A stretch of 64,000 bases of DNA, from IMG/VR virus record IMGVR_UViG_3300021387_000688. One strand, written 5' to 3'. The translations under genes were made by a program, and so were the position numbers. The DNA comes from a virus. Its lineage: Duplodnaviria; Caudoviricetes. Positions 20,768-31,096 of this stretch are shown here, piece after piece (within the stretch, counting starts at the first letter, position 1; the number at the start of each line of letters is the position of its first letter). The notes under the pieces are model-generated. The model saw only the letters and a list, made by a program, of their open reading frames with translations, had not been told where the DNA came from and made no database searches.

Positions 20768-21417
20768 TATTCTTTTCCTTCTTCAATAATATATGCATAA
20801 GCTCTTACAAGCCAATCTTTTTCGAAGTTGTCTGTATAGAATATTTTCTTATGACCTTCTTTCTGTCCCCAGATTTCTCTAGAGAAATACTTTTTAGGTT
20901 TTACCCGGCACTGTTTTTCATATTCTTTATATTCTGCTTTTTCTTTTTTGGACATAGCTTTATATTCAAAACCGTTCCATTCTTTCTTGAAACAATCTTT
21001 ACAAAGATTTGCAATCCATCCACCTGTCTGCCAAATAATATGATTGCCTTTTGAATCTCTAGGAACTTTTCCACAATGCTGGCAAGTTACAGAAGAAAGC
21101 ATGTGAAGAATGGATTCTGCTTCTTGCATCCCGTCTGTATATCCTGAAAGAGAAACCCTTAGCGTACCGTACTTTTCTTTTGTATCGTAAATAGCAAAAT
21201 CCTTTTTAGCGGCATCAGGAAGCTTATCATACTCTTTAAAGATTTCTTGCATAAATCTCTTCCAAAGCTTTTCCCAACCGCAACCATCCCAGGCAACATA
21301 CCAGTTGTGCTCTAGATCCTCTTCTTCGGTTTTGAAAGATTTTTCTCCGGAGAAAACATTTCGATAAGTGAGGAAAGGATACTTCTCAAGAAGTTTTTTC
21401 ATTTCTTCTTTTTCCAT
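20767..21417 (-). CDS. hypothetical phage protein
   Basis: GW..KEKYGTLR..TCQHCG..GWIANLC pattern. Confidence 0.8.
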   Translation of the reverse strand: MEKEEMKKLLEKYPFLTYRNVFSGEKSFKTEEEDLEHNWYVAWDGCGWEKLWKRFMQEIFKEYDKLPDAAKKDFAIYDTKEKYGTLRVSLSGYTDGMQEAESILHMLSSVTCQHCGKVPRDSKGNHIIWQTGGWIANLCKDCFKKEWNGFEYKAMSKKEKAEYKEYEKQCRVKPKKYFSREIWGQKEGHKKIFYTDNFEKDWLVRAYAYIIEEGKE

Positions 21418-21418
21418 T

Positions 21419-21640
21419 TTAATGCCCCTTTGAAAATTTTTCTGCTTGAGGGAAGTTTATATCTCCAGCTTCAGGTATTGGTACTCCTTTGAAAACTAGC
21501 ATTTCGTTTTCTGTACCACAATATAATTCCTTTGTTTCATTATTAAGGTAAAGTTCCCCGTCCCTGAGTTTTTCAATATTTTCTTTCTTCAAGTAGGTTT
21601 GAAAACCTTTTGTAGTTCCTCTTGCAATTCTAACTGTCAT
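21419..21640 (-). CDS. hypothetical protein
   Basis: ORF in operon. Confidence 0.7.
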   Translation of the reverse strand: MTVRIARGTTKGFQTYLKKENIEKLRDGELYLNNETKELYCGTENEMLVFKGVPIPEAGDINFPQAEKFSKGH

Positions 21641-21643
21641 TTT

Positions 21644-21883
21644 TTACAACCTTACAATGTTTGTAATATAGGTGCTAACATTGTCATAAAATTCGACATC
21701 GGTTTCTAAGAATTCTTTTGCAAGTTCCGTTTCTAGAGATTCCAACCAATTGTATACTTCATCTTCAGATTCCATATCAGTTGGAATCTCTTTTACAACG
21801 CGTCTATGTAATTCATGGCGCTGCATCAAATCAGATTTTGCGGACCAATAAATTGTATAATAAATAATTACAAACTTCTGCAT
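21644..21883 (-). CDS. hypothetical protein
   Basis: Start placed at ATG 21883 (SD GGAGG, TAATG overlap). Confidence 0.7.
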   Translation of the reverse strand: MQKFVIIYYTIYWSAKSDLMQRHELHRRVVKEIPTDMESEDEVYNWLESLETELAKEFLETDVEFYDNVSTYITNIVRL

Positions 21884-22713
21884 TAGAGTTCCTCCCAATT
21901 AACAATGAAAGAACCATATTGTAAAATTCCTGGGCAAGGAATCATACAAGGGCCACTTTTGAATTCAACTTCTTTTACTTCGTAACCTTTATTTGTTAAC
22001 CAAGTGGCTAAAGATTTTGCAAATTCGTTTGGATTTCCTTTAATACAATTTTTATCTACAAGTACATGGAAACCACCGTTTGTAGAAACAACCATTCCTT
22101 TTAAGTTTACAAAAATCTTTGATTCTTTAAAGAAAGGTTTAATATAAACATCCTTAACTGTAGTTCTATCGAAGGTTTCAAGATTCTCAATATCAATATC
22201 AAAATCGATCCACTTTGTGCGGTTACATTCCATTCGTTCTGAACGGAAATCTGAATTTGTATGTGCAAGCTGGTTTTTACCATCTGCTCCACCATCATTA
22301 GACAATACGATATTCTTTTGGATATCATTAACAGCAGAGAGATGCTTTAAAGCAACTTTTCTTTCATCTGAAGGGTTGCAGCAAATAAATGTAGTCATTG
22401 CTTTCTGAGGGAGCGCGATTTCGTTTTCAGTACCTCTATTGAAAGTTAAACATTTAATAGGTACTTCAAGTTCGTACATTTTCTGAAGAGCGTTTTCTGA
22501 ATTAACTCTGCATCCGTCAGAACCCCGAATTGTTTTTGTTAAGTAAACCTCTCGGTTTCTTGCACCTAGCATTTTTCTTTCTTCGTCTGTAAGTTTCTTA
22601 GAACGGAATGCGGTATTTACAAGATATGTTTCGTAAGGAAAAATATCCCCTAATCTTTCGAGAAATGTTAAAAATTGATTTTCATCTACTAATACTTTGT
22701 ATGTTTCGCTCAT
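21883..22713 (-). CDS. AEP/prim-pol-like protein (predicted leaderless)
   Basis: WIDFDID and STNGGFH resemble AEP motifs I and II. Confidence 0.45.
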   Translation of the reverse strand: MSETYKVLVDENQFLTFLERLGDIFPYETYLVNTAFRSKKLTDEERKMLGARNREVYLTKTIRGSDGCRVNSENALQKMYELEVPIKCLTFNRGTENEIALPQKAMTTFICCNPSDERKVALKHLSAVNDIQKNIVLSNDGGADGKNQLAHTNSDFRSERMECNRTKWIDFDIDIENLETFDRTTVKDVYIKPFFKESKIFVNLKGMVVSTNGGFHVLVDKNCIKGNPNEFAKSLATWLTNKGYEVKEVEFKSGPCMIPCPGILQYGSFIVNWEEL

Positions 22714-22739
22714 GTAAATAATATAGAAAAAATAGGAAT

Positions 22740-23099
22740 CTACTTTTTCTTAAAATCTACATAAACTTCATATCTAACTTCATCTTTATACCAATGTACT
22801 ACTTTTTCACTAATAGTTCTGTCCAAATTATTTTCTTTACAGAATCGTTTAATAACATTAAAAACTGTAGTCATGGCTTCCGATTCCTTATAGAAATCAG
22901 GGTGACAAATATATTTTACGCGCATGCAATTGTATTGCTCGTAGTATATTGTAATTACTTTAACGTCTTTTGCAGTCTCATGGCTTTCTGGAAAAACATT
23001 TCCCAAATCTGTTATCTTAGGCTCTAAATTACTTTTTGGTACAGAGAAAGCAAATACGCACATTAAATACATTAATATGATGCAAATTCTCTTTTTCAT
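22740..23099 (-). CDS. secreted hypothetical protein
   Basis: Signal peptide MKKRICIILMYLMCVFAFS. Confidence 0.75.
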   Translation of the reverse strand: MKKRICIILMYLMCVFAFSVPKSNLEPKITDLGNVFPESHETAKDVKVITIYYEQYNCMRVKYICHPDFYKESEAMTTVFNVIKRFCKENNLDRTISEKVVHWYKDEVRYEVYVDFKKK

Positions 23100-23110
23100 A
23101 GGGTCACCTC

Positions 23111-24085
23111 TTACACCATTGTTACTGGTATAGCTCTTAACGTTCTTTGGTTTTCTTCTCCTTTACTCTTAAATGTTTGCAACAACTTTACTATTGGTTT
23201 AGGGAATAAACTAAAGTCGTATTTTCTTTTCATAAAAGACCTAATCATCATTGAACTGAAGCATGCACTAAATTGAGTGGCTTCTTCTTCAGTCTTTCCA
23301 TAGGCAATACTGTAATCGTGTAATTGTTTAACTAGAAAATTTAGTTCAATAACTCTTACAGGGGCCTCATCTAAAACATGCGCCAATTCCTTCATAACAG
23401 GGGAAGCGTCTTTAAGAAGTCCTTTTGGAGGAGTCAATAAAATATTTTCTTTACGATGCTTGAACAAATTGTCTATCTTAATAAATAATACTTTTCTGTG
23501 GGACCAATACTTTCTAAAATACACAATTACCAAATTGGTCCAAGCAATTAAAACTATTAACAACCCCATCAACCCTATTACAAAAGAATGGTGAGTTTCT
23601 AGACTTAAATAATAGTTTGGATTTGTTTCATCTGGAAGAATCAAATAATCCAAAATCATATAAGCCACTATATATACGCAATCTAATACTTGGTACATCA
23701 TAAAGTGGCCTCCATATATATTACCATTCTTTAAATCAAATATTTTTACAAACAAAAACATTCCAATACTTATAACATACATAAGTATTTGGGATGCTAC
23801 TTTAATATGTTGTCCATATATACTTATACTTCCTGAAAAGTACATAGCTGCTAAACAAGCATCTAAACTTAAGAATAAGTAAAACACTCCCAGTAAGAAA
23901 TGTCTTAAGTTTGCATTCCATACCTTATCCATAACTATGTGTAAGAACATTCTACTAAACAATATAAATACTAAACACAAAGAAATTGTAGCGTTCATAA
24001 CTTCGTTAGTAAAGTCTGGGTACGAATGTTTAACTATCATGTTGGTTAGAAAGTATCCGATTAATGCTAACATCTCAACAATCAT
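23111..24085 (-). CDS. multi-pass membrane protein with C-terminal soluble domain
   Basis: About 6 hydrophobic segments. Confidence 0.8.
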   Translation of the reverse strand: MIVEMLALIGYFLTNMIVKHSYPDFTNEVMNATISLCLVFILFSRMFLHIVMDKVWNANLRHFLLGVFYLFLSLDACLAAMYFSGSISIYGQHIKVASQILMYVISIGMFLFVKIFDLKNGNIYGGHFMMYQVLDCVYIVAYMILDYLILPDETNPNYYLSLETHHSFVIGLMGLLIVLIAWTNLVIVYFRKYWSHRKVLFIKIDNLFKHRKENILLTPPKGLLKDASPVMKELAHVLDEAPVRVIELNFLVKQLHDYSIAYGKTEEEATQFSACFSSMMIRSFMKRKYDFSLFPKPIVKLLQTFKSKGEENQRTLRAIPVTMV

Positions 24086-24884
24086 AAAGCCACCTCAAAT
24101 CTTTAAAGGAGAATGCATTGATAGATAAAGTTACCAACTGGGCAACACGTATAAGCAAGAATGGTCCCATTAATAACATCTTGTAAAGGTCTTGCAAATC
24201 TCCAAATCTAGTAGGGTCTAAATTAACCATAATAGATAATAAATAACTGAAAGGTATTACGATCGCACTAAAAGCTATAAATACCGTCCAAGTATATAAA
24301 AGGTTTCTACAACCTGTAGAATGCTTGCATAAAAGTATCATGCTTGTTAGAGATATAAGGGTCCCCAATAAAGGACCTGTACCTACATAAATCAAGTATA
24401 TGGACAAAGGAATCATGCCTATCATTAAAGCTTGTATAAATGATATTACAGAACTTCCTATATAAATGGCCAATTTTGAAACTTTATTATCTCTTTGTTT
24501 TTTAGCTACATCCCCTGTATAAAAGTTTGTAGTAGGATTATCCATTGCAGTCTTATAGCAGAAAATCATTAAACAGGGAAAAGAACTCATAAAGAAAATA
24601 TTTTTGAAATAGTCGACTAAAATAGGGTTGAATTTTGGGCGACACATTATATCAATAGGTCCTTCGAAATAAAGATTCTTTATTAAATGTATTATTACGT
24701 AAATCAAATAAAACAATGCAAAATGGAAATAAAACCAATAACCTTCTTTAATATTTTTCTTTTTGAAGCCCCTAATAATTATCGTACTTATAAAGATTTT
24801 CATGAATAAGAAAGCTGCGGCTAATCCTTCCAACATTAAAATTATTGTTTTTGGTTGTACTGGGAAATCAATAAATGATATCAT
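24075..24884 (-). CDS. multi-pass membrane protein (about 7 TM)
   Basis: Start placed at ATG 24884 (SD AGGAGG, TAATG overlap). Confidence 0.8.
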   Translation of the reverse strand: MISFIDFPVQPKTIILMLEGLAAAFLFMKIFISTIIIRGFKKKNIKEGYWFYFHFALFYLIYVIIHLIKNLYFEGPIDIMCRPKFNPILVDYFKNIFFMSSFPCLMIFCYKTAMDNPTTNFYTGDVAKKQRDNKVSKLAIYIGSSVISFIQALMIGMIPLSIYLIYVGTGPLLGTLISLTSMILLCKHSTGCRNLLYTWTVFIAFSAIVIPFSYLLSIMVNLDPTRFGDLQDLYKMLLMGPFLLIRVAQLVTLSINAFSFKDLRWLYDC

Positions 24885-25744
24885 TATTGGCCTCCTGCTA
24901 CAGAGTTTGGAGGAATAGTAGATTGGTCTTCTATCCAAGTACTTGGCATCAACTCATGGATTCTGGTATCTGTAAAGTATACTTTCAAAGCATTATTGAT
25001 TTTTAAGTTAAATGATTGATTGTTTTCATGTACTTCGTGTAAATACTTAACAGCTTCGTCATGCGCGAATTCCAAAGAATCTACAATGGTCTTTTTGAAC
25101 AAATCTTTCCTGTCATCCAAACTTGCTAATATTGCTTCTGAAGAGAAAGAAACTTTGTTTCCTTCAGAAGATACTGTAGCTAATAAACTTTGCAACTCTT
25201 GCCTTACTTTAGGGTAAGAAGTAGATATGAAAGGACGGTTTTGTTCAATCACAGCGTCCTTTGTTTTTTCAGCTAACCTATCTTGTACGCATATATGTCT
25301 TAAACCTGATAATACAATTTTCTCCAAACAATATTTAACTAATACTCTAACAATGGAAGCTTCCCCGTGGCATTTTTCCTGATAAGATTCCAATATGAAA
25401 GTTAACAACATATCGAAGTTATCTTTTATCTGAGACATTTGCGCATCAAACAACTGCTGTCTTTTTTCACTATTAGAATAACCTGCTTGAATAGAAAAGT
25501 TTACAACTTGGTTTATAGTAGAAAAGAATTTCGTTACATTAGCTGCATCATCGTCATTATTATTAGAAGGAATAGCATCCTTAGGGGGCTTATCCTCTCC
25601 AAAATCCACAGGCCCTATTTTCTTTGCGCGTTTGGCTAATATGATAATTCCCACCACTAACGTTACGACTAGTATACCTAAGAATGCTACTAGGGTTGCA
25701 ACAAGGACTGGGTGGTTAAGTAATTCTGTTAAAAATGAGTCCAT
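24884..25744 (-). CDS. single-TM membrane-anchored protein
   Basis: N-terminal TM followed by KRAKK. Confidence 0.8.
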   Translation of the reverse strand: MDSFLTELLNHPVLVATLVAFLGILVVTLVVGIIILAKRAKKIGPVDFGEDKPPKDAIPSNNNDDDAANVTKFFSTINQVVNFSIQAGYSNSEKRQQLFDAQMSQIKDNFDMLLTFILESYQEKCHGEASIVRVLVKYCLEKIVLSGLRHICVQDRLAEKTKDAVIEQNRPFISTSYPKVRQELQSLLATVSSEGNKVSFSSEAILASLDDRKDLFKKTIVDSLEFAHDEAVKYLHEVHENNQSFNLKINNALKVYFTDTRIHELMPSTWIEDQSTIPPNSVAGGQ

Positions 25745-25850
25745 CTAAACGTTCCCCATGTCTTTAATTAGTTAATTCAAAAATATTACAAAGTTTCGAG
25801 TTTAATATTTTTTCTATTGGGTCTAATTATATTTCAGAGACGTACTAGGA

Positions 25851-26465
25851 ATGGGTAGAATAAATAAGATTGAGAATATCATATCCTACAGCATATTACT
25901 ATTTGGCGTTATGGCAAACTTATTGGGTTTCGTAACTTGTTTTAATCATTTCGATCCTACTAATATTGACCACATTGCCAATATGCTATTCTCGGGTTCA
26001 AGTTTTATAATAGTATTATTATTTACTATTTTAGCATTCCTCATCCCTTCTAAAATTACCACATTCACTTATTTCATGATTTTATTTACAGCCTTCACTT
26101 CTTTCCCAACAATATTGTTTACCAGTAAAGGATTAGCATTCATCCCTTACTTAGGAATACAAGGAGTGTTATTTGGAATCACTTCAAAAGGGAAAACTAG
26201 AAATCTAATCATAGGTGTTTTACCTTTAATATTAGATATTGTTTTAATGTATCTTAAAGTTAGGATGGAAATAAACTTAGGGGATGATGGGCAGTTGAAA
26301 AGCCATTTACTTACATTGTCGATGGGAATTTCTACAAGTTATTTATTCAACTTATTTGTAACCTTTGTTTCCATGAAAGGTATTTACACTGCGGACAAAG
26401 ATAAGTACTTAAATATTTCAAAATCTCTTCCGGGCTTCAAGAGCCCTTTGGAAGATAAGAGTTAA
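25851..26465 (+). CDS. multi-pass membrane protein
   Basis: About 6 hydrophobic segments. Confidence 0.8.
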   Translation: MGRINKIENIISYSILLFGVMANLLGFVTCFNHFDPTNIDHIANMLFSGSSFIIVLLFTILAFLIPSKITTFTYFMILFTAFTSFPTILFTSKGLAFIPYLGIQGVLFGITSKGKTRNLIIGVLPLILDIVLMYLKVRMEINLGDDGQLKSHLLTLSMGISTSYLFNLFVTFVSMKGIYTADKDKYLNISKSLPGFKSPLEDKS

Positions 26466-27106
26466 ACCATATCAAAAAGAAATCCTTCATTGGCGGCCTG
26501 ATTCAAAACCTGTTGCATTGCATCTGGTGCATTAGGATCAACGTTGCAAATATTAAACATTGTTACTGCATTTCTATCATCCTGACATAACTGCATAATC
26601 TGCTGGCCGAGAGTATTCCAATATGCAGGGGTTTGACCTTTAATATCAGCTTCCGCAAAAAGTAATTTATTTTCAGAGTTACACATTTCTGAAGTTTTCT
26701 TACCAGTAAACAATTTGATAAGTTCAGAAAATCGTTTAGGGTCTGTAACCTTTACCAACTTTTTATAAGAGGTTGGAGCGGCTTTAGTATTCTTTCTAGC
26801 TTTCTTCCACTCCATAAATTCTTTCCATTCATTATTCTGTGCAGATAAGTAAGCTTCTAAATCCTCTGGATGAGTTGCATAGAAATGAGTTTTCTCTTTA
26901 TCATAAACAAGGTTGCCTTTCTTATCCAATGCAGTGAAATAAATTTTAGGCTTACAATCTTCCTTCACTGGCTCTGTAGGCTTATGATAAAGAGAATCAA
27001 TGAATCCCATAATTTCAGGACCGACTTCCTGTTCTTCGAATTTGCTTCTTATATAAGAAAAAGCTTCATTATAACCTTTCTCAAAATCTGTTTCTTCTTT
27101 CTTCAT
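26462..27106 (-). CDS. hypothetical protein
   Basis: SD GAGGA. Confidence 0.8.
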   Translation of the reverse strand: MKKEETDFEKGYNEAFSYIRSKFEEQEVGPEIMGFIDSLYHKPTEPVKEDCKPKIYFTALDKKGNLVYDKEKTHFYATHPEDLEAYLSAQNNEWKEFMEWKKARKNTKAAPTSYKKLVKVTDPKRFSELIKLFTGKKTSEMCNSENKLLFAEADIKGQTPAYWNTLGQQIMQLCQDDRNAVTMFNICNVDPNAPDAMQQVLNQAANEGFLFDMV

Positions 27107-27107
27107 T

Positions 27108-27497
27108 TTATTCCTCGTTAGTACTATTGGCGTTACGAATTATTTCTGCATCATCTACGATTTTCAATTTCCAATCTTTTCGCTGAGCCATCTTTTTGTA
27201 AATATCCTTTTTGTTTTTCTTATAAAGATATTTAAAAGTTTTATATGCAGCTTTGGTGCAAGTAATTGTTACAGCATCTATTTCAGAAGAACCAAACTCG
27301 CAAGGAGCCTTGAATCGATCTGAATAAAATACTACCAAACCTACATACTTACGATAAGTAGGTAGGTATTTAAAATGAGGATAGTTAATAAACAAATCCT
27401 CCAGTGATGTGTATTTACCTTTAGTAATTGCTATTACTATTTCATTCAAAGGTGCAGTAGGTTTTGAAAACTTTGTAGCCCATTTTGCTAATGCCAT
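27108..27497 (-). CDS. hypothetical protein
   Basis: SD AGGAG. Confidence 0.8.
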   Translation of the reverse strand: MALAKWATKFSKPTAPLNEIVIAITKGKYTSLEDLFINYPHFKYLPTYRKYVGLVVFYSDRFKAPCEFGSSEIDAVTITCTKAAYKTFKYLYKKNKKDIYKKMAQRKDWKLKIVDDAEIIRNANSTNEE

Positions 27498-27509
27498 ATA
27501 TTCTCCTTT

Positions 27510-28226
27510 TTATTTTACGTTACGGAAAGAAATCTTTTTATCGAATCCATGGTTTACAGCCTTGTCAACATCTGTTAAACCCTCACTCTCTTGGTCGACG
27601 TCATTGTGTTGAGCAATAAGCCATTCCTCAATTGCATAATAAGCGTCCCAAGCAGGTACATATTTTGGAATCCAAGTATTTTTAAGGATAGGTACTTTGT
27701 AAGGACCGCCCCCGAAAACATCCTTAAACTTCCAGTTTGCAATGTTACCTGTTTTGTACTCATTGAGGATAAATTCCTCATTCTTTTTAGAGGCGTTATA
27801 ATTTTTCCAATCTTTCCAAGTATTCAATTTCCAATTGTCAAACTCAAAAAGATTTGTTTTGATATAAACAAACTCAATAGGATTTTGATGAGTTACATTA
27901 TATTCTTTACGAGTTGCTATCAACTCTGCATTCCAATCGAATCCTGGTTTCAAAAAGGTGCCCATTACGTTACGTGTCCATCGATTTGGATCTGCCCAGA
28001 TTTTGAAAATGTAAAGATTGAATCCAATCCAAACTCCTACAACGGCCCCTTGAGGACAACCATCTGTAAGACTAGATACAAAGTTCTCAATACCTCTCCC
28101 ATTGTAATTTTGGCCCTGCTCAATCATGTCCATGTCACGTCGGTCAAAAGTAATGTCGTCTCCGTCGTAACCATCTTTATATCCTATGTAATCGTAATAG
28201 TCTTTCTCTTTGCATAAAATACGCAT
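27510..28226 (-). CDS. hypothetical phage protein
   Basis: Start placed at ATG 28226 (SD GAGGT); KDYYD..HGFDKKISFR. Confidence 0.8.
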   Translation of the reverse strand: MRILCKEKDYYDYIGYKDGYDGDDITFDRRDMDMIEQGQNYNGRGIENFVSSLTDGCPQGAVVGVWIGFNLYIFKIWADPNRWTRNVMGTFLKPGFDWNAELIATRKEYNVTHQNPIEFVYIKTNLFEFDNWKLNTWKDWKNYNASKKNEEFILNEYKTGNIANWKFKDVFGGGPYKVPILKNTWIPKYVPAWDAYYAIEEWLIAQHNDVDQESEGLTDVDKAVNHGFDKKISFRNVK

Positions 28227-28281
28227 AATTGTAACCTCTCTAATAATATAGAAAATATTGGAATACAATTTTGCCAAAAAG

Positions 28282-28307
28282 AAAGCCCCTTATGATAAGG
28301 GGCTTTT
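28282..28307 (-). terminator. intrinsic terminator
   Basis: AAAGCCCCTTAT/ATAAGGGGCTTT. Confidence 0.85.
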
Positions 28308-28309
28308 AA

Positions 28310-28624
28310 TTACTCCTGTTCTGTAGGTGCAGCTGGAGGAATCATTGTCAAGAAGCTTCCATCCTCAGGTGCTTCATAATTCCATCCCTCATCGTACATT
28401 TCGTGAACCATCTTTTCAAAGATTTCTTTTCTCTCTTTAGAGAAATTAGATTCTGGATAGTAGATAGTAACGCACTTAGTAGCATCAGGGTTTTTCAAAG
28501 AAGGAAGATCGATTGGCATGTTTACCATTTCTTCTTTCAACTGTTCCATTGAAGGTCCGTTATCTGCGATCCTACCTTCAAGCTCTCCAGGTTTAACTTC
28601 TGTCCATTCAATTGCAATTCTCAT
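28310..28624 (-). CDS. hypothetical protein
   Basis: SD AGGAG. Confidence 0.75.
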   Translation of the reverse strand: MRIAIEWTEVKPGELEGRIADNGPSMEQLKEEMVNMPIDLPSLKNPDATKCVTIYYPESNFSKERKEIFEKMVHEMYDEGWNYEAPEDGSFLTMIPPAAPTEQE

Positions 28625-28661
28625 AAGAATGAACTCCTAATAAAAATAAGATAATAGAGGG

Positions 28662-29279
28662 TTAACAACCCATATTCTTTAAAACCTCTAAAGGTTTCTT
28701 AGTTTTCTTCATGTAACAATCTGCACATAAACAAGAATATTGTCCATGGTCAATTACAGATTTCTTTCCGTTAAAGTCTCCTGTATCTCCGCTGTAATAA
28801 GAATACTGCGCAGGTTTACCACACTTCATGCAAATGGCTACGTCCTTTTCGATAGCATCCATAAATGGAAGAATTTCAATACTTGTAGGAAATAATTCTG
28901 CTGACCAAGAATATATAATACCTGCAAATACTAAAGGAATCTTTGAATACTTTGAAGCGTTATAATCATAAAAGAATTGGCGCTTAAAAGGAATCATAAA
29001 GAATTCGTCTATAAAAATACATTCTGGATCAACCCAATTATCCTTCAAAAGTGAAAAAATCTCTTCTGGTTTTTCAATTTGAAAAGAATGTACATAAGGA
29101 GATTCCTTCAATTCTTTCATTCGTAAGGAAGTAGTACTTTCGTGACTGCCTCCCCTATCATCCATTTTAGGTTCGAACCAGGCAATATGTTTTTTGGCCA
29201 AAACATATTTTTCAAGTTTACCTACTAACTTTGTAGTTTTACCTGAAAACATTGGGCCTGTAATAAGAGTACAATACAT
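28662..29279 (-). CDS. tdk: thymidine kinase
   Basis: ITGPMFSGKTT, IFIDEF, CxxC..CxxC. Confidence 0.93.
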   Translation of the reverse strand: MYCTLITGPMFSGKTTKLVGKLEKYVLAKKHIAWFEPKMDDRGGSHESTTSLRMKELKESPYVHSFQIEKPEEIFSLLKDNWVDPECIFIDEFFMIPFKRQFFYDYNASKYSKIPLVFAGIIYSWSAELFPTSIEILPFMDAIEKDVAICMKCGKPAQYSYYSGDTGDFNGKKSVIDHGQYSCLCADCYMKKTKKPLEVLKNMGC

Positions 29280-29282
29280 TAA

Positions 29283-29846
29283 TTATTCCTCCACTTTTAT
29301 ATCAGGGAAAGGACCGTACAATTCAAATATAACCATATCAGGCCTTAATTGAAAGTTTCTAACTTCGTATTGCATTTTATGAGCGAGGCAATCTACAAAC
29401 ATCTTAACTTGATATTCGTGGCAATGCATACCCCAGTTAGTTTTCATATTGATAGGTATCCTGTTTAGCTTAATTTCTTCTGGAGCAGAAACAGCAATAT
29501 CCTTTCCTTTTGGCTTTGATAAATTATAGGCATTGGATACGATGTCTGCAATAGAATTCGCCATATCCGTTGCATCTAAAGGTTTAGGGGCTTTCTTAGC
29601 TTTAGAAACAGCGGCATCTTTTCTAGCAAGTCTTTTAGAAGCTGCTTCTGCTATAGTCTCCTCTTCTTTTTTATCTTCTACCTCTTCTACCTTTTTGGTA
29701 GATTTTTTTAACGTAGTGTCCTTTTTGGTAGTTGTCTTTTTTGTTTTTGTTGCAGTAGGTTTCTTCGAACCAGTTCCAGTAACCTTCTTCTCTTTCTCTG
29801 AAGGCTTTTTGGACTTCGAGGTAGTTGACTTTTTTGTGACAGCCAT
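29283..29846 (-). CDS. protein with Lys/Thr-rich basic N-terminus
   Basis: SD AAGGAG; K/T/S low-complexity N-terminus. Confidence 0.75.
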   Translation of the reverse strand: MAVTKKSTTSKSKKPSEKEKKVTGTGSKKPTATKTKKTTTKKDTTLKKSTKKVEEVEDKKEEETIAEAASKRLARKDAAVSKAKKAPKPLDATDMANSIADIVSNAYNLSKPKGKDIAVSAPEEIKLNRIPINMKTNWGMHCHEYQVKMFVDCLAHKMQYEVRNFQLRPDMVIFELYGPFPDIKVEE

Positions 29847-30267
29847 TTATTAAATCTCCTTTAATTTGAGTAGGATTTCTTATTTCCTTATGTACCCGGT
29901 TTAATGATTCTTCCGGTTGATCCCAACCCATTAATAAATCATCTACTTTAACAGCCAATACGTCATTTACCTTATCGTAGGTTTCTTTATTCCAAACGCA
30001 TTTTATTTTTCTGGCAGGAATTAAATCACATTCTACTTTATAGAATGGTATATAAAGCGGATTAGTTTTTTGTTTATAATTCCTAATGAGTTTACCAATT
30101 TTAGAATCAGCGGAATGTTCTAAATCTAATATGTAATCTTTCAAAGGGAGTGGATAACTTTTATATCCATCTCCTTTGAAATACATAATGGCGTCCCATA
30201 ATTCTCTGTTTTTGATTTTATGGATAATTGCGTAAATTCTATTAGGAATCCATTTTCGTAATTTCAT
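29671..30267 (-). CDS. hypothetical protein (predicted leaderless); 3' end overlaps next gene
   Basis: CTATAAT-N6-ATG; 176-nt overlap with 29283-29846. Confidence 0.65.
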   Translation of the reverse strand: MKLRKWIPNRIYAIIHKIKNRELWDAIMYFKGDGYKSYPLPLKDYILDLEHSADSKIGKLIRNYKQKTNPLYIPFYKVECDLIPARKIKCVWNKETYDKVNDVLAVKVDDLLMGWDQPEESLNRVHKEIRNPTQIKGDLINGCHKKVNYLEVQKAFREREEGYWNWFEETYCNKNKKDNYQKGHYVKKIYQKGRRGRR

Positions 30268-30286
30268 ATTGGTATTATAGAAAAGA

Positions 30287-31042
30287 TTACATCCAAACGT
30301 CCATTTTTTGGAAACATCTGTTAACAGGTTCGTAGGATTCCCCGGCTTTACTACCGTACATATCTATAGGGTATACACCATTACGTAATTGGTTTCTTCC
30401 CCATCTTCCAATATTATGGAACATTGTAACACCCACATTATAAGCTATGTACGCGTCCCTCATTTTAGTAAACTCAGAAGTTCTGGTTATATAACCATAG
30501 TATTTATCATAATGTGTTAATATTCTATTATAATACCAGAAACCTACTTCGAGATTCAATGCAGGGTCTAACATATCTTCTATAGTGTAAGTCGTACTAT
30601 GTACTTCATTATACTCTCTTAAACAAACGGGAGTAACTTGAGTTACACCCCAAGCATCCCCTGTTTTATTATGGGCATTGATTTTAAAATCAGATTCTAC
30701 ATGGCATATAGAAAAACCTTCTGATATTTTTAGATTGTTTCGAATTGCGGCACTTATGATTTCATCTACTAACCAATCAACTGTTTCTGCGTTGTATGAT
30801 CCCCAAGATGCTTTTGTAGCTTCGTTAATCTTGTCTGCATAATTTACATTAACTACTAAAGGGGTATTGAATGTTATTTCATCGTTTGCAATAATTACTA
30901 AAGAATTTTCAATATTTATTTTTGGTTCAGGTGTTGATACTTTTCTAATTGCTGCGTCTACTCCAAATACTATAAATCCTAAGAACAAACAAATACCCAA
31001 TACGTAAAGTAACTTTTTTAATAATTGTTCTTCTTTTTTCAT
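30287..31042 (-). CDS. membrane-anchored lytic transglycosylase (SLT domain)
   Basis: ICHVESDF, AWGVTQV, IAYNVG; N-terminal TM. Confidence 0.85.
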   Translation of the reverse strand: MKKEEQLLKKLLYVLGICLFLGFIVFGVDAAIRKVSTPEPKINIENSLVIIANDEITFNTPLVVNVNYADKINEATKASWGSYNAETVDWLVDEIISAAIRNNLKISEGFSICHVESDFKINAHNKTGDAWGVTQVTPVCLREYNEVHSTTYTIEDMLDPALNLEVGFWYYNRILTHYDKYYGYITRTSEFTKMRDAYIAYNVGVTMFHNIGRWGRNQLRNGVYPIDMYGSKAGESYEPVNRCFQKMDVWM

Positions 31043-31096
31043 GTCTGTAAATAAATTACTTGCGCAAAATATTCTCCTTTATTAAATACTTTCTAT

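Noticed and set aside
27591-28217. 208-aa plus-strand ORF and similar antisense ORFs elsewhere
   Set aside because: Shadows of well-supported genes on the opposite strand; no SD.
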